A stretch of DNA of 64,000 bases from a virus (IMGVR_UViG_3300043410_000565:28236-92235), one strand, 5' to 3'; positions 1 to 8,691 are shown, counted from the first letter of the stretch. Numbers and translations: made by a program. Notes: a model not told the origin generated them from the sequence alone.

Positions 1-11
1 TGATTGATCAA

Positions 12-194
12 TTGATCCTAGATGTGGGTAAACAATATGCTCCATCGGGTATTGAGTTCGCTGCAATTGCTCTTGGTCGTTTAATGGTATTCACCAAACA
101 CGTTGATTGTTTTAATACATTCCAAGATATGATGACAGAAATTGTAAACATGAGAGAACCAGAGCCTCTCATCAAACCACAAGATGTCCAGTAA
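12..194 (+). CDS. hypothetical protein (may be the 3' part of a gene starting before the window)
   Basis: ORF track; overlaps the next gene start. Confidence 0.5.
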   Translation: MILDVGKQYAPSGIEFAAIALGRLMVFTKHVDCFNTFQDMMTEIVNMREPEPLIKPQDVQ

Positions 195-375
195 ATATAA
201 ATGCTTCTGTTATAACTGTAACAAGAACGAACGAAACGAATATGGTTTTCCAGTCGTACTGACTAGGATGATCGTATGTCCAACTTGTGGTAACAAACGT
301 TGTCCGCATTCTACCGATCACAAGTTGGCATGTACTCAATCAAATGAGCCAGGACAACCAGGAAGTAGATATTAA
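184..375 (+). CDS. small Cys-rich putative Zn-binding protein
   Basis: CFCYNC and CPTCGNKRCPHSTDH motifs; TAATG coupling to the next gene. Confidence 0.75.
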   Translation: MSSKYKCFCYNCNKNERNEYGFPVVLTRMIVCPTCGNKRCPHSTDHKLACTQSNEPGQPGSRY

Positions 376-872
376 TGATTGCAACACTAACACAATTCGC
401 CAGACATAAGGATGGAACCTATGTCTCAATGGACTTATCTGACCAATGTAGAGAACTGATTGATCACTTTGTTGAGATGAATCTAGGCTTGACTGAGCGG
501 GTTGATAAATCAACATACCATATTACTGTCATCTATTCGAGAGCACCAGTCCCATCAGCTGAACAATATGCAGGCATAACGACTGATATTGGCGCAACTG
601 TGACAGGTTACGAAGTATTCCCAACTAAGAATGATGGCAAGTGTTTGGTTATGCGTTTGGACTTTCCATGTGCTGAAACTCTAAACAGACAATTGACAGC
701 TGAGGGTGCCATGTCTGATTATGATTCATACAAGCCACATATGACTATTGCCTATGATATCAAACAAGAGATTGATCCACATACTCTTCCAGTTCCAGAG
801 TTTAAATTACAGTTTGGCCATGTTAAGGTTGAACCACTAGACCCTGAGTTCATTCCAAAGAACAAGGATTGA
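375..872 (+). CDS. 57B (acb1): 2H phosphoesterase, T4 gp57B / anti-CBASS nuclease Acb1-like
   Basis: two HxT motifs (YHITVIYSR, YKPHMTIAY) with spacing and length like T4 gp57B. Confidence 0.85.
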   Translation: MIATLTQFARHKDGTYVSMDLSDQCRELIDHFVEMNLGLTERVDKSTYHITVIYSRAPVPSAEQYAGITTDIGATVTGYEVFPTKNDGKCLVMRLDFPCAETLNRQLTAEGAMSDYDSYKPHMTIAYDIKQEIDPHTLPVPEFKLQFGHVKVEPLDPEFIPKNKD

Positions 873-873
873 T

Positions 874-1167
874 ATGTACCACGAACCAGATTTTAAAACA
901 TACGATTACACGATCGGTGGGAAGCTGGTCGTTGGTAGAGCAGTCATTGATGAATCATATCAGCATCTGATGTTGAGTGATGCTGAGTCTCGACAAAGGG
1001 TCAAAGAGAAACTGATATCTGACATGGCTCAGTACATGTTGGAGAATAACCTCGTTGAGTTTATGCAGCAGAAGAATGTGGACATGACAACCACTGTTGT
1101 TGTTCGTGCTTACTTGGCTCCAAACAACGAGATAAAGATTTTAAGACTAGCAAATAAGATTGTATGA
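874..1167 (+). CDS. hypothetical protein
   Basis: ORF in a tightly packed operon. Confidence 0.75.
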   Translation: MYHEPDFKTYDYTIGGKLVVGRAVIDESYQHLMLSDAESRQRVKEKLISDMAQYMLENNLVEFMQQKNVDMTTTVVVRAYLAPNNEIKILRLANKIV

Positions 1168-1403
1168 AGTATTATACCATTGTATTCCCAGGCGAGTACG
1201 GGCAACATGTCCAAGAAACATGGAGCGAGGCTCAGATTCTAACATCATATTATGCTTATTGGTGTTCTATGATGATTCAGAACGTGGCTGCTCCCGATCT
1301 ATCAGAAGTTAATTGTATTGATGATTGGTGTATTGTCCACTGGGCAATGGAGACTGATCAATTTGGAAATAAGTTATGTCAGACTACACTCAACAATGCC
1401 TAA
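1164..1403 (+). CDS. hypothetical protein
   Basis: ATGA overlap with the upstream gene. Confidence 0.75.
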   Translation: MKYYTIVFPGEYGQHVQETWSEAQILTSYYAYWCSMMIQNVAAPDLSEVNCIDDWCIVHWAMETDQFGNKLCQTTLNNA

Positions 1404-1544
1404 TCGCTGCGGTTTATAACCTTACGATTCTCTTTCTATGTACTACTTTGGTAGTCCTTTTCAACTTCAGTCCTTGGTGGTTCGTGGGGGCTGTAATGAT
1501 CATGGCTTCGGTCTCTGAAGAAGACAAAAAAGATTGAAAATCGC

Positions 1545-1573
1545 TTTACTTTAATTCACAGGTGCGGTATAAT
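1545..1573 (+). promoter_or_regulatory. sigma70-type early promoter
   Basis: TTTACT-17 bp (begins TTAATT)-TATAAT, followed by RBS AAGGAG and ATG 1596. Confidence 0.85.
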
Positions 1574-1595
1574 TACTGTATTGAAGGAGAAAAGT

Positions 1596-1799
1596 ATGGG
1601 ATTCGAAAAGAAGGTTCTTGAAGTTGCAACCCCTCATCTTAGCAAAGGTGAGAGTGCTTACTTTTTCAACGGGACATTGTTCATTGATGGTGTTGAGCGT
1701 ACATCGCGAAAGATCTTCTCTGATATCATGATGAAGATCACTCCCATGGTCAAAGTCTCTAAGACTGGTCCAGAAGAATTTGCTATTGATTTTGTTTGA
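1596..1799 (+). CDS. hypothetical early protein
   Basis: AAGGAG RBS upstream of ATG 1596. Confidence 0.8.
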   Translation: MGFEKKVLEVATPHLSKGESAYFFNGTLFIDGVERTSRKIFSDIMMKITPMVKVSKTGPEEFAIDFV

Positions 1800-1806
1800 G
1801 GTTGTT

Positions 1807-2886
1807 ATGCGTAAACTTGCTAAGATTGTTAAGATTGATGAACTGAACCCGATCGAGGGTGCTGATGCCATTGAATGTGCTGTCGTTGGTGGCTGGAAAG
1901 TTGTAGCCCAGAAGGGTCTCTACAACGTTGGTGACCTTGCTGTTTACTTTGAGATTGATTCATGGATTCCCCATGAGTTGGCTCCATTCCTGTCTAAAGG
2001 TAAAGAGCCACGTGAGTTCGAAGGTGTCAGGGGTGAACGTCTGAAGACTATCAAGCTGCGTGGTCAGTTGTCTCAAGGTTTGCTGATGCCTCTGGAATAC
2101 ACTGAAGACGGTGGATTCTATTTCCGTCGCACCGATGGTGATATTCAGAATGTTAGCGAAGACCAAGACGTTACTGAATTGCTTGGCATCAAGAAGTGGG
2201 AGAAGCCCGTCAATGCCCAGCTGGCTGGTGTGTGTCGTGGTAATTTCCCGTCACTGATCCCTAAGACTGATCAAGAACGTGCTCAAAACCTGAAGAAAGA
2301 GATTGTTGCTGCGAATGAGGCTGGCACTCAATTTGAAATCACTGAGAAGCTAGAAGGCTCATCTATGACCGTATATCGTATGGTTGTGGATGGTGAAATG
2401 CAGTTCGGTGTTTGCTCACGTAACATGGATCTCAAGGAAGTTGCTGGTAATACATTCTGGGACGTTGCTCGTCAGGATGATATCGAGGCTAAGATGATTG
2501 CTGTTGATGAGTTCTGGTCATTCGCTATTCAAGGTGAGTTGATTGGTCCTAACATCCAAGGTAACATCTACAAACTGTCTCAACCCGAATTCCGAGTGTT
2601 CGATGTTTACGATATTCAGGCTGGTAAGTATCTGAACCCTGAAGCACGTTGGCAATTGATCACTCGTATGGGATTGAAGCATGTGCCAGTTTTGGCTTTC
2701 ACTGCTTCTTTGTACGACACACTTGGTATCAGCGACATGAACCAACTGTTGGACTTTGCCGATGGTAAGTCTATGAACGGTGCTGCTGGCCATGAGCCAC
2801 TTCGCGAAGGTGTAGTGTTCAAAGAGGTCAACGGAGGCATGACTTTCAAGGTTATCTCTAACCAGTACCTGTTAGGTGAAAAGTAG
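1807..2886 (+). CDS. RNA ligase (DRB0094/Rnl2-like) with an N-terminal OB/tRNA-binding-like domain
   Basis: nucleotidyltransferase motif I TEKLEGSS, QGELIG, EFRVFDV, REGVVFK and C-terminal FKVISNQYLL; GAGG RBS before ATG 1807. Confidence 0.9.
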   Translation: MRKLAKIVKIDELNPIEGADAIECAVVGGWKVVAQKGLYNVGDLAVYFEIDSWIPHELAPFLSKGKEPREFEGVRGERLKTIKLRGQLSQGLLMPLEYTEDGGFYFRRTDGDIQNVSEDQDVTELLGIKKWEKPVNAQLAGVCRGNFPSLIPKTDQERAQNLKKEIVAANEAGTQFEITEKLEGSSMTVYRMVVDGEMQFGVCSRNMDLKEVAGNTFWDVARQDDIEAKMIAVDEFWSFAIQGELIGPNIQGNIYKLSQPEFRVFDVYDIQAGKYLNPEARWQLITRMGLKHVPVLAFTASLYDTLGISDMNQLLDFADGKSMNGAAGHEPLREGVVFKEVNGGMTFKVISNQYLLGEK

Positions 2887-2892
2887 TAAAAA

Positions 2893-2919
2893 AGAAACCC
2901 TACCGAGTGTAGGGTTTCT
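2893..2919 (+). terminator. hairpin between the ligase gene and the next promoter (terminator-like)
   Basis: AGAAACCCTAC-CGAGT-GTAGGGTTTCT, perfect 11-bp stem. Confidence 0.7.
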
Positions 2920-2931
2920 ATCAAATATCGC

Positions 2932-2960
2932 TTTACTTTAATTCAACATTAGACTATAAT
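2932..2960 (+). promoter_or_regulatory. sigma70-type early promoter
   Basis: TTTACT-17-TATAAT. Confidence 0.85.
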
Positions 2961-2990
2961 TAATGTATTGGTTGAGATAAAGGACATATT

Positions 2991-3668
2991 ATGAAATTGC
3001 TGAGCACTGGTAACCCAAAGTTGATCAAAGGTGAGAAGAAAGGTTATTTGTCATTCGTTCTTCACCTGTCTCCCGCTGATGTGGCTGGTTATGAAACCTG
3101 CCCCAAACGCACTGCTGGTTGCACAGCTGCTTGCCTGAATACCGCTGGTCGTGGTGGTATGTTCAAACCTGGTGGCACAAATACTATTCAAGAAGCACGC
3201 AAGCGCAAGACACGTATGTTCTTCGAGCAACGTGATCAGTTCTTGGCTGATCTTGAAGCCGATATTCGTAAGGGTATCAAACAAGCAGAGAAGAAGGGTA
3301 TGATCCCTGCTTTCCGTTTGAATGGCACCAGCGATATCGCTTGGGAAAAGTATGGTATCATCCAGAAGTTTCCCGAAGTCCAATTCTATGATTATACAAA
3401 GATCCGCAATCGTAAAGTCGCTGCACTGAGCAACTACCACTTGACCTTCTCCAAGGCTGATGGTAACGATATGGATGTTCGTTTGGCTGCATCTGCTGGC
3501 ATGAATGTGGCAGTTGTATTCAAAAATGTACCCGATTCTTATATCGGTCGTACAGTTATTGATGGCGATGATACCGATCTGCGATTCCTTGATCCAAAGG
3601 GTGTTGTGGTTGGTTTGAAAGCCAAAGGTCGTGCTCGTAAAGACACTTCTGGTTTTGTAGTTGTTTAA
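2991..3668 (+). CDS. Gp88-like conserved phage protein, putative Fe-S/Cys-cluster enzyme
   Basis: HLSPAD...CPKRTAGCTAACLNTAGRG, FRLNGTSDIAWE, FYDYTK, DGDDTDLRFLDP motifs. Confidence 0.7.
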   Translation: MKLLSTGNPKLIKGEKKGYLSFVLHLSPADVAGYETCPKRTAGCTAACLNTAGRGGMFKPGGTNTIQEARKRKTRMFFEQRDQFLADLEADIRKGIKQAEKKGMIPAFRLNGTSDIAWEKYGIIQKFPEVQFYDYTKIRNRKVAALSNYHLTFSKADGNDMDVRLAASAGMNVAVVFKNVPDSYIGRTVIDGDDTDLRFLDPKGVVVGLKAKGRARKDTSGFVVV

Positions 3669-3684
3669 ATAAGGAAATTATATC

Positions 3685-4041
3685 ATGGCAAAAGCTCAAA
3701 TTATTCAAGACTCTATCGACGGCATCTTCGGCGAGAAGGTTAATGTTGGTGACCAAGTTATGGTCGTCACGACTGGTTATTCTCATCGAGTGAATGTTCG
3801 TAAGGGTATCTACAAAGGTTATGTTGATACAGGAATGGGCTGGCGAAAGAGCAAGAAAGCAAAGATCGAGATCAATACCACTCGTTCTATTCAAGTGAAA
3901 CCCGATGGCAATGAGTTTTGCTGGAACAAGGATTATGATTCCAAGACATGGCCAGAAGTCAGCAAGACTCTGACCCGCAAGGAAGTTCCTTATACATACA
4001 TGACAACCCTTCAACTCAACCGCATCGCAACTATCAAGTAA
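3685..4041 (+). CDS. hypothetical protein
   Basis: AAGGA RBS; ORF track. Confidence 0.8.
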   Translation: MAKAQIIQDSIDGIFGEKVNVGDQVMVVTTGYSHRVNVRKGIYKGYVDTGMGWRKSKKAKIEINTTRSIQVKPDGNEFCWNKDYDSKTWPEVSKTLTRKEVPYTYMTTLQLNRIATIK

Positions 4042-4316
4042 TGGATAAAGATATCATCCTCGCAGCAGCCAATATGATGTCCGATAAAGGATATGGACTG
4101 GGTAATGAACCCGATTATCTCAAGTTCAAGGCAGGTCGCTTGCTCCTGACGTTGGTCAAGTATCGGGATGCGGGGATGAATTCTTACACCTATTTCTGGA
4201 AGAACGAACAAGAGCGAGTTACATCCCCATTCTTTGATTCTGAGAAAGAAGCCTATGCATGGATCAAACAGGTTGACGAATGGGATAATTGGAAAGCAAA
4301 CAAGGATATCGTATGA
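4041..4316 (+). CDS. hypothetical protein
   Basis: TAATG coupling gives start 4041. Confidence 0.75.
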   Translation: MDKDIILAAANMMSDKGYGLGNEPDYLKFKAGRLLLTLVKYRDAGMNSYTYFWKNEQERVTSPFFDSEKEAYAWIKQVDEWDNWKANKDIV

Positions 4317-4660
4317 GAGTAATTATTGCTGGTGGTCGCGATATCCATGACTACAACCTAGTGCTTGATGCTATCAACGAATGTAACTTCAACATTCAGG
4401 CTGTTGTATCTGGTGGAGCCAAAGGTGTTGATGCTCTTGGTGAGCGATATGCTGAGTCTGCCGATGTACCATTGCATATATTTGAAGCTGATTGGGAGAC
4501 GCATGGTCGTGCTGCTGGTCCAATCCGTAACCGAAAGATGGCAGAGAATGCCGATGCTTTAATCGCTATCTGGGATGGTAAATCCCGTGGCACTAAGAAT
4601 ATGATTGAAACCGCAACCAAGAAAGGTTTGCTGGTATTTGTAAAGAGGACTGATGTATGA
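4313..4660 (+). CDS. SLOG-superfamily protein (YspA/DUF2493-like)
   Basis: MRVIIAGGRD, VSGGAKGVDALG, GRAAGPIRNRKM, WDGKSRGTKNMI. Confidence 0.85.
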   Translation: MRVIIAGGRDIHDYNLVLDAINECNFNIQAVVSGGAKGVDALGERYAESADVPLHIFEADWETHGRAAGPIRNRKMAENADALIAIWDGKSRGTKNMIETATKKGLLVFVKRTDV

Positions 4661-4911
4661 TGGCTACAATGGAACAAAGAATGGCTCAACTAGAGGCTCG
4701 TATTGCCCAGCTAGAAGCACGCATCGCTAATCAAGAAGCGAAGACTATGACGTTTGGTCCATCTACTCCGTATCAACCATTCCCTGTCTCCCCATATCCA
4801 GATCCCAATAGCCCGTGGAATCCTCCATATACAATCACATGTAAGCTGGCTGATGGTACGACCAAGGAAATGACATTTACAACTCCAATCGTGGCACAGA
4901 CAAATGGCTGA
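4657..4911 (+). CDS. hypothetical protein with N-terminal coiled coil and Pro-rich segment
   Basis: ORF with overlapping start/stop. Confidence 0.7.
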   Translation: MMATMEQRMAQLEARIAQLEARIANQEAKTMTFGPSTPYQPFPVSPYPDPNSPWNPPYTITCKLADGTTKEMTFTTPIVAQTNG

Positions 4912-5269
4912 TACTGTATTAATCCTAATGACGCTTCTGATCCTGAAGCACTTCATCGTTGATTTCCCTCTTCAAGGACCATATCAATGGATGAATAAAG
5001 GGACATATCTACATCCTGGTGGCTTACTGCATGCGTTCATGCACGGAGTAGCAACCATGCTATGTTTTACTTGGTATGCTCCGCAAGCTGCGTTCTGGTT
5101 GGGTTTATTCGATGCCGTTATCCATTATCACGTGGACTGGGCAAAGATGAATATCAATGCCAAATTCGGTTGGAAAGCCGACCAACATCCACAATTCTGG
5201 TATCTAATGGGAGCCGATCAGCTGGCTCATTATCTAACATATATCTGGTTAATCTATCTTGTAGTATGA
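4904..5269 (+). CDS. DUF3307-like membrane protein
   Basis: KHFIVDFPLQ, LLHAFMHG, HYHVDWAK, GADQLAH; hydrophobic. Confidence 0.8.
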   Translation: MADTVLILMTLLILKHFIVDFPLQGPYQWMNKGTYLHPGGLLHAFMHGVATMLCFTWYAPQAAFWLGLFDAVIHYHVDWAKMNINAKFGWKADQHPQFWYLMGADQLAHYLTYIWLIYLVV

Positions 5270-5715
5270 AGCATCGTGTATGGGTCATTGCTGGTAACGA
5301 ACACCAGTATCATGATTATGTTAGGGGTAAACCCTTAAATGGTGATAAGAAGTATTCGTATGTCTATGCGCCAGATACTCTCCGTGGGTTTGTTAATCCG
5401 CATGGTGTATTCATAGGTACATGGAGACATCGGGCTGATATTATCCCCATTCTTGATATGCTGATCATGTCCACTAATGAGGACACGAAGAATCTGCATA
5501 AGATTCGGCTTGAGTTAATGATGAACGCATCCCATACTCAAACTCTCGCTGCCACCATGCAGACTGGGTATAGTGATGCCGCTGATTTGTTAGCCAAAGC
5601 CATCGACCAAGAAGTATTGGATCAAATGGTGGATAAGCCAAAGATCGTGCAGACTGTATTCGATATTATGGAAGAATTCGATACACCCATGACATGGAAA
5701 GGATTCGTGAAATGA
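5266..5715 (+). CDS. hypothetical protein
   Basis: ATGA overlap gives start 5266. Confidence 0.75.
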   Translation: MKHRVWVIAGNEHQYHDYVRGKPLNGDKKYSYVYAPDTLRGFVNPHGVFIGTWRHRADIIPILDMLIMSTNEDTKNLHKIRLELMMNASHTQTLAATMQTGYSDAADLLAKAIDQEVLDQMVDKPKIVQTVFDIMEEFDTPMTWKGFVK

Positions 5716-5960
5716 CCGAAGAAGAAGTAATTAAAGACATTATCAAACGATCCAATGCAAAGGTTAAGCTGATTCGTAAGCATCAGAAAGAACTCCAAGA
5801 GATATATGACCAATGTAATCACCATGGTACAGTTGAGCAGAAATCATCTTATTTCGGTGGTTCATACTATGACCATGCATATACTCGCTACTGGGCTCAA
5901 TGTACAGTCTGCGGTAAGAAATCAGAAGAAGTAACAAAAGAACATAGTTATTATGGATAA
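5712..5960 (+). CDS. hypothetical protein with CxHH...CxxC (possible Zn ribbon)
   Basis: ORF; start chosen at overlap. Confidence 0.7.
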   Translation: MTEEEVIKDIIKRSNAKVKLIRKHQKELQEIYDQCNHHGTVEQKSSYFGGSYYDHAYTRYWAQCTVCGKKSEEVTKEHSYYG

Positions 5961-6141
5961 GTCCTATGACACCTGAGTTTATTGAACGAGCAAGAAAAGA
6001 CTTTGATAAGGATGATCGATATCTAGATTGGGAATCATTCCTGGCTGGATATTGGGCTGCAACTAAACGATTCGGTCAGAGACAGGATCGTAGAGAGATT
6101 CGTTCAAAGCAAGGGTATTCACGTATAGGAGCAAACAACGT

Positions 6142-6465
6142 ATGAACGAACGAATTGTAAAACTTATCACAGAGGCTGATGCCTATGCTTGGACCATTTC
6201 TGAAAAGTATGTGCCTGAATGTGGTGAAGTAAACTATCTTTGGGAAGATGCATTCCGTAAAAAGTTCGCCGAGTTGATTGTTCGGGAATGCATCGGATGT
6301 TGTGAACAAGTTATTAGTGATCCTGTTCCTAAATCAGTTGACACTTGGCTTAACGGTGGTTCACAATGTATCAAAGAGATTAAAGAACGTTTCGGAGTTG
6401 AAGGTATGTCTACAGAAGATAAAAAGACTTTGATTAAAGAATTATTGGGATTGAATAATGTATGA
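6142..6465 (+). CDS. hypothetical phage protein (MNERI...FAELIVREC...FGVE type)
   Basis: ORF track; GGAG RBS. Confidence 0.75.
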   Translation: MNERIVKLITEADAYAWTISEKYVPECGEVNYLWEDAFRKKFAELIVRECIGCCEQVISDPVPKSVDTWLNGGSQCIKEIKERFGVEGMSTEDKKTLIKELLGLNNV

Positions 6466-6650
6466 ACTGGGAAGACACCGAACAAGAACTCAAACGTCTA
6501 AACGATATCCTGATTAGCCTACACCAACGACCAGAACGCGACTGGGAAATCCATGAAAAGAATTGTGCGCAAATCGTCCGTCGTAAGCTAAGAGATCTGG
6601 GTGAGTATCGTTATAGTCTATTAAGGAAGAAAAATGAACCAACTAACTGA
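6462..6650 (+). CDS. hypothetical protein
   Basis: ATGA overlap. Confidence 0.65.
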   Translation: MNWEDTEQELKRLNDILISLHQRPERDWEIHEKNCAQIVRRKLRDLGEYRYSLLRKKNEPTN

Positions 6651-6867
6651 ACTGTTCGTCCGTCTAAAGCAGATGGAGAATGCAATTGATCTAATCCTCA
6701 TGAGTCTACCAGCAACGGATAATGAAGCCTTCAATGCTAGAAAGATTCAAGCTGCAAGACGTCAAGAACGAATCCAAGCAGAACAACAGGCAACCCAAGA
6801 ATATCTCAATCTAAAGAGCCGTCTCCAAGAATTAGAGAATGATTATCCAACACTGAAGAAGCTATGA
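6634..6867 (+). CDS. hypothetical coiled-coil protein
   Basis: AAGGA RBS; ORF track. Confidence 0.65.
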   Translation: MNQLTELFVRLKQMENAIDLILMSLPATDNEAFNARKIQAARRQERIQAEQQATQEYLNLKSRLQELENDYPTLKKL

Positions 6868-7010
6868 CACCTAGAATAATCCCTCGCTATGTTGATCATC
6901 TATGGTATCCGATTCTATGTCGAGGGCTTGGCTCAGGTCATTGTAGAATTGTGGAGATGCAAGGAAAAGAAGTAAATGCTTGGAATGATTATGTACGGAG
7001 CCAACGATGA
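6864..7010 (+). CDS. small hypothetical protein (48 aa, below track cutoff)
   Basis: hand-translated MTPRIIPRYVDHLWYP...; ATGA overlaps at both ends. Confidence 0.55.
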   Translation: MTPRIIPRYVDHLWYPILCRGLGSGHCRIVEMQGKEVNAWNDYVRSQR

Positions 7011-7186
7011 ATAATCTAATTAAATCACTCCTAGCCAAAGCCCATCTAGAGAAACACCCTGATACCAATGCAATCGCTGAAAGATTCGCTTATCTAATAG
7101 TCCTAGAATGCATTAATACTCTAAGCGAAGACGACGGAGCAACCCATCATGAAGAACTTCTATTACAAAGATTCGGTATAAAATGA
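7007..7186 (+). CDS. small hypothetical protein, similar to 6142..6465
   Basis: hand-translated MNNLIKSLL...ERFAYLIVLEC...QRFGIK. Confidence 0.65.
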   Translation: MNNLIKSLLAKAHLEKHPDTNAIAERFAYLIVLECINTLSEDDGATHHEELLLQRFGIK

Positions 7187-7341
7187 AACTAACTGAAGAA
7201 CACAAACAATTCCTGATAGATCTAAGAGACAGCGGAGTAACCAACATGTGGGGTGCCTCTCCATATCTAGAAAGAGAATTCGGTCTAACCCGCAAAGAAG
7301 CCTCGGATATCCTATTACAATGGATCAAATCATTTAAATGA
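7183..7341 (+). CDS. small conserved phage protein (52 aa)
   Basis: hand-translated MKLTEEHKQFLIDLRDSGVTNMWGASPYLEREFGL...; ATGA overlaps. Confidence 0.7.
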   Translation: MKLTEEHKQFLIDLRDSGVTNMWGASPYLEREFGLTRKEASDILLQWIKSFK

Positions 7342-7598
7342 GAGAACTAAAACAACTCCTCCTGCTGGCTCCGAAAGGACATATAGATCCCATAGCAATG
7401 AAAACCATCAAGGAATGGGATAAATCTCCTAAAGCAATCCAGATATTAAAGACTCTAGATATGTGTGTTCACTCGGGATTAGCCTCAGGATTCGTTATAC
7501 ATGTCCTGGAGCAAATGTTTAATAAGGCTCTGAAGAAAGAGAAAACCACATACGAAGAAGTGGTAAAGGAAGCAGTATGGAGAAAGAATTCGACATAG
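7338..7598 (+). CDS. hypothetical protein
   Basis: ORF track; overlap. Confidence 0.65.
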   Translation: MRELKQLLLLAPKGHIDPIAMKTIKEWDKSPKAIQILKTLDMCVHSGLASGFVIHVLEQMFNKALKKEKTTYEEVVKEAVWRKNST

Positions 7599-7780
7599 TA
7601 ATAGCCACTCTAGAGGAAAAGAAACAAAAACTCTGGAAAATGACCCAAGATAATATGAAGATGGATATGGTCAATATGATGGATGATATCCGTCTAGAAC
7701 AGATTCAAGAGTTAAATGAAGCCATGGGTATGTGGTTATTATGGAAAGAAGAGAAATCTAATAGAGGCTCAGGGGTATAA
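7577..7780 (+). CDS. hypothetical protein
   Basis: AAGGA RBS; ORF track. Confidence 0.6.
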   Translation: MEKEFDIVIATLEEKKQKLWKMTQDNMKMDMVNMMDDIRLEQIQELNEAMGMWLLWKEEKSNRGSGV

Positions 7781-7865
7781 TCGAATAGAGGCTCACACTA
7801 CCTATTAGAAAGAGGCTCACAGGGTAAATGCGATAGAGGCTCACAGGGTTTCTCTAAGAGGCTTA
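7763..7865. repeat. five AGAGGCT(C/T)A repeats, iteron-like
   Basis: copies at 7763, 7787, 7811, 7835, 7857 (spacing 24, 24, 24, 22). Confidence 0.85.
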
Positions 7866-7946
7866 TAGGGCAATATACAGACGTATATGCGGCACGCTAG
7901 AGAATACTGAGTGGTGGTCTCTATTTAGGTAGCGTTAAAACAGCCC

Positions 7947-7954
7947 TATAAATA
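7947..7954 (+). promoter_or_regulatory. T4-type late promoter
   Basis: exact TATAAATA in an intergenic region. Confidence 0.6.
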
Positions 7955-8001
7955 GAACTTAGCGTTCGTCTTAATCCTTTTGCCAGAAAGGCAAATTTTT
8001 T

Positions 8002-8319
8002 ATGCCAGGAGTTTACCGAGAAAAGCAGTGTCCCGTGTGTGGTGTTACGCATCGCCGAAGAGGACCATATTGCTCTAGGTCACATGCGCTTAGTGACCGC
8101 ACACATTCCGAAGCCACTAAAGAGAAGATCAGCGAGGCTGGCAAAGCACGTATGGCTGATCGCACTGGGGATGCTTACTTAGACGCAGTGGATAATCTCC
8201 GTCAAGCCACAGCAGTCTCTAAGGGAAGGGACACGGCTCCGATTCCTCCCCGTCTTCGCGATGATCGTCGTGGTGAGGTCATTGACGGAGACTATTGGGT
8301 ATCGGCTGACGATTGGTAA
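8002..8319 (+). CDS. hypothetical protein with Zn-ribbon-like CPVC and a NUMOD3-like DNA-binding motif
   Basis: CPVCG...GPYCSRSH, then HSEATKEKISEAGKAR; no clear SD. Confidence 0.6.
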   Translation: MPGVYREKQCPVCGVTHRRRGPYCSRSHALSDRTHSEATKEKISEAGKARMADRTGDAYLDAVDNLRQATAVSKGRDTAPIPPRLRDDRRGEVIDGDYWVSADDW

Positions 8320-8346
8320 AAACAATCGGATCCCAGCCCATCTACC

Positions 8347-8375
8347 ATTATAACCCGATTCCGAATTAAAGTCAA
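8347..8375 (-). promoter_or_regulatory. leftward sigma70-type promoter
   Basis: reverse strand TTGACT-TTAATTCGGAATCGGGT (17)-TATAAT. Confidence 0.8.
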
Positions 8376-8419
8376 GTCAGATTATTCCCCTGCAAGATTG
8401 AGGGGATTGCAAAATAAAT

Positions 8420-8448
8420 TTGACGAATATTCCAGTCCTGGGTATAAT
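8420..8448 (+). promoter_or_regulatory. sigma70-type early promoter
   Basis: TTGACG-17-TATAAT. Confidence 0.8.
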
Positions 8449-8475
8449 ATCCTTGTTGGGTATGATAAAGGACTA

Positions 8476-8640
8476 ATGATGACTGATTTTGAAACGGGTG
8501 TGACTGACGCTAATCTAGACCGATCTGAAGGCTGGTTGGAAGAAGGGTATGGATTAGATCAGCTGATCGCTCATCTCCGTATGGCTGGTGATTATAGCGA
8601 TTCCTACATCGCTGGATATGTTTCGGTGGTTTTCGGGTAA
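8476..8640 (+). CDS. hypothetical early protein
   Basis: AAGGA RBS then ATG 8476. Confidence 0.7.
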   Translation: MMTDFETGVTDANLDRSEGWLEEGYGLDQLIAHLRMAGDYSDSYIAGYVSVVFG

Positions 8641-8691
8641 TAACCTTCAATCTCTGAGGGGCTTTACTTTAATTCAAGATTGCGTTATAAT
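8641..8691 (+). promoter_or_regulatory. hairpin plus early promoter cassette
   Basis: CCTTCA-ATCTC-TGAGGG then TTTACT (8663)-17-TATAAT (8686). Confidence 0.85.

Noticed and set aside
7763-7865. Possible mini-CRISPR array
   Set aside because: The repeat is 9 bp and the spacers 13-15 bp, far below CRISPR sizes; no cas genes nearby
8002-8319. Homing endonuclease
   Set aside because: It has a NUMOD3-like motif, but I found no HNH, GIY-YIG or LAGLIDADG catalytic motif
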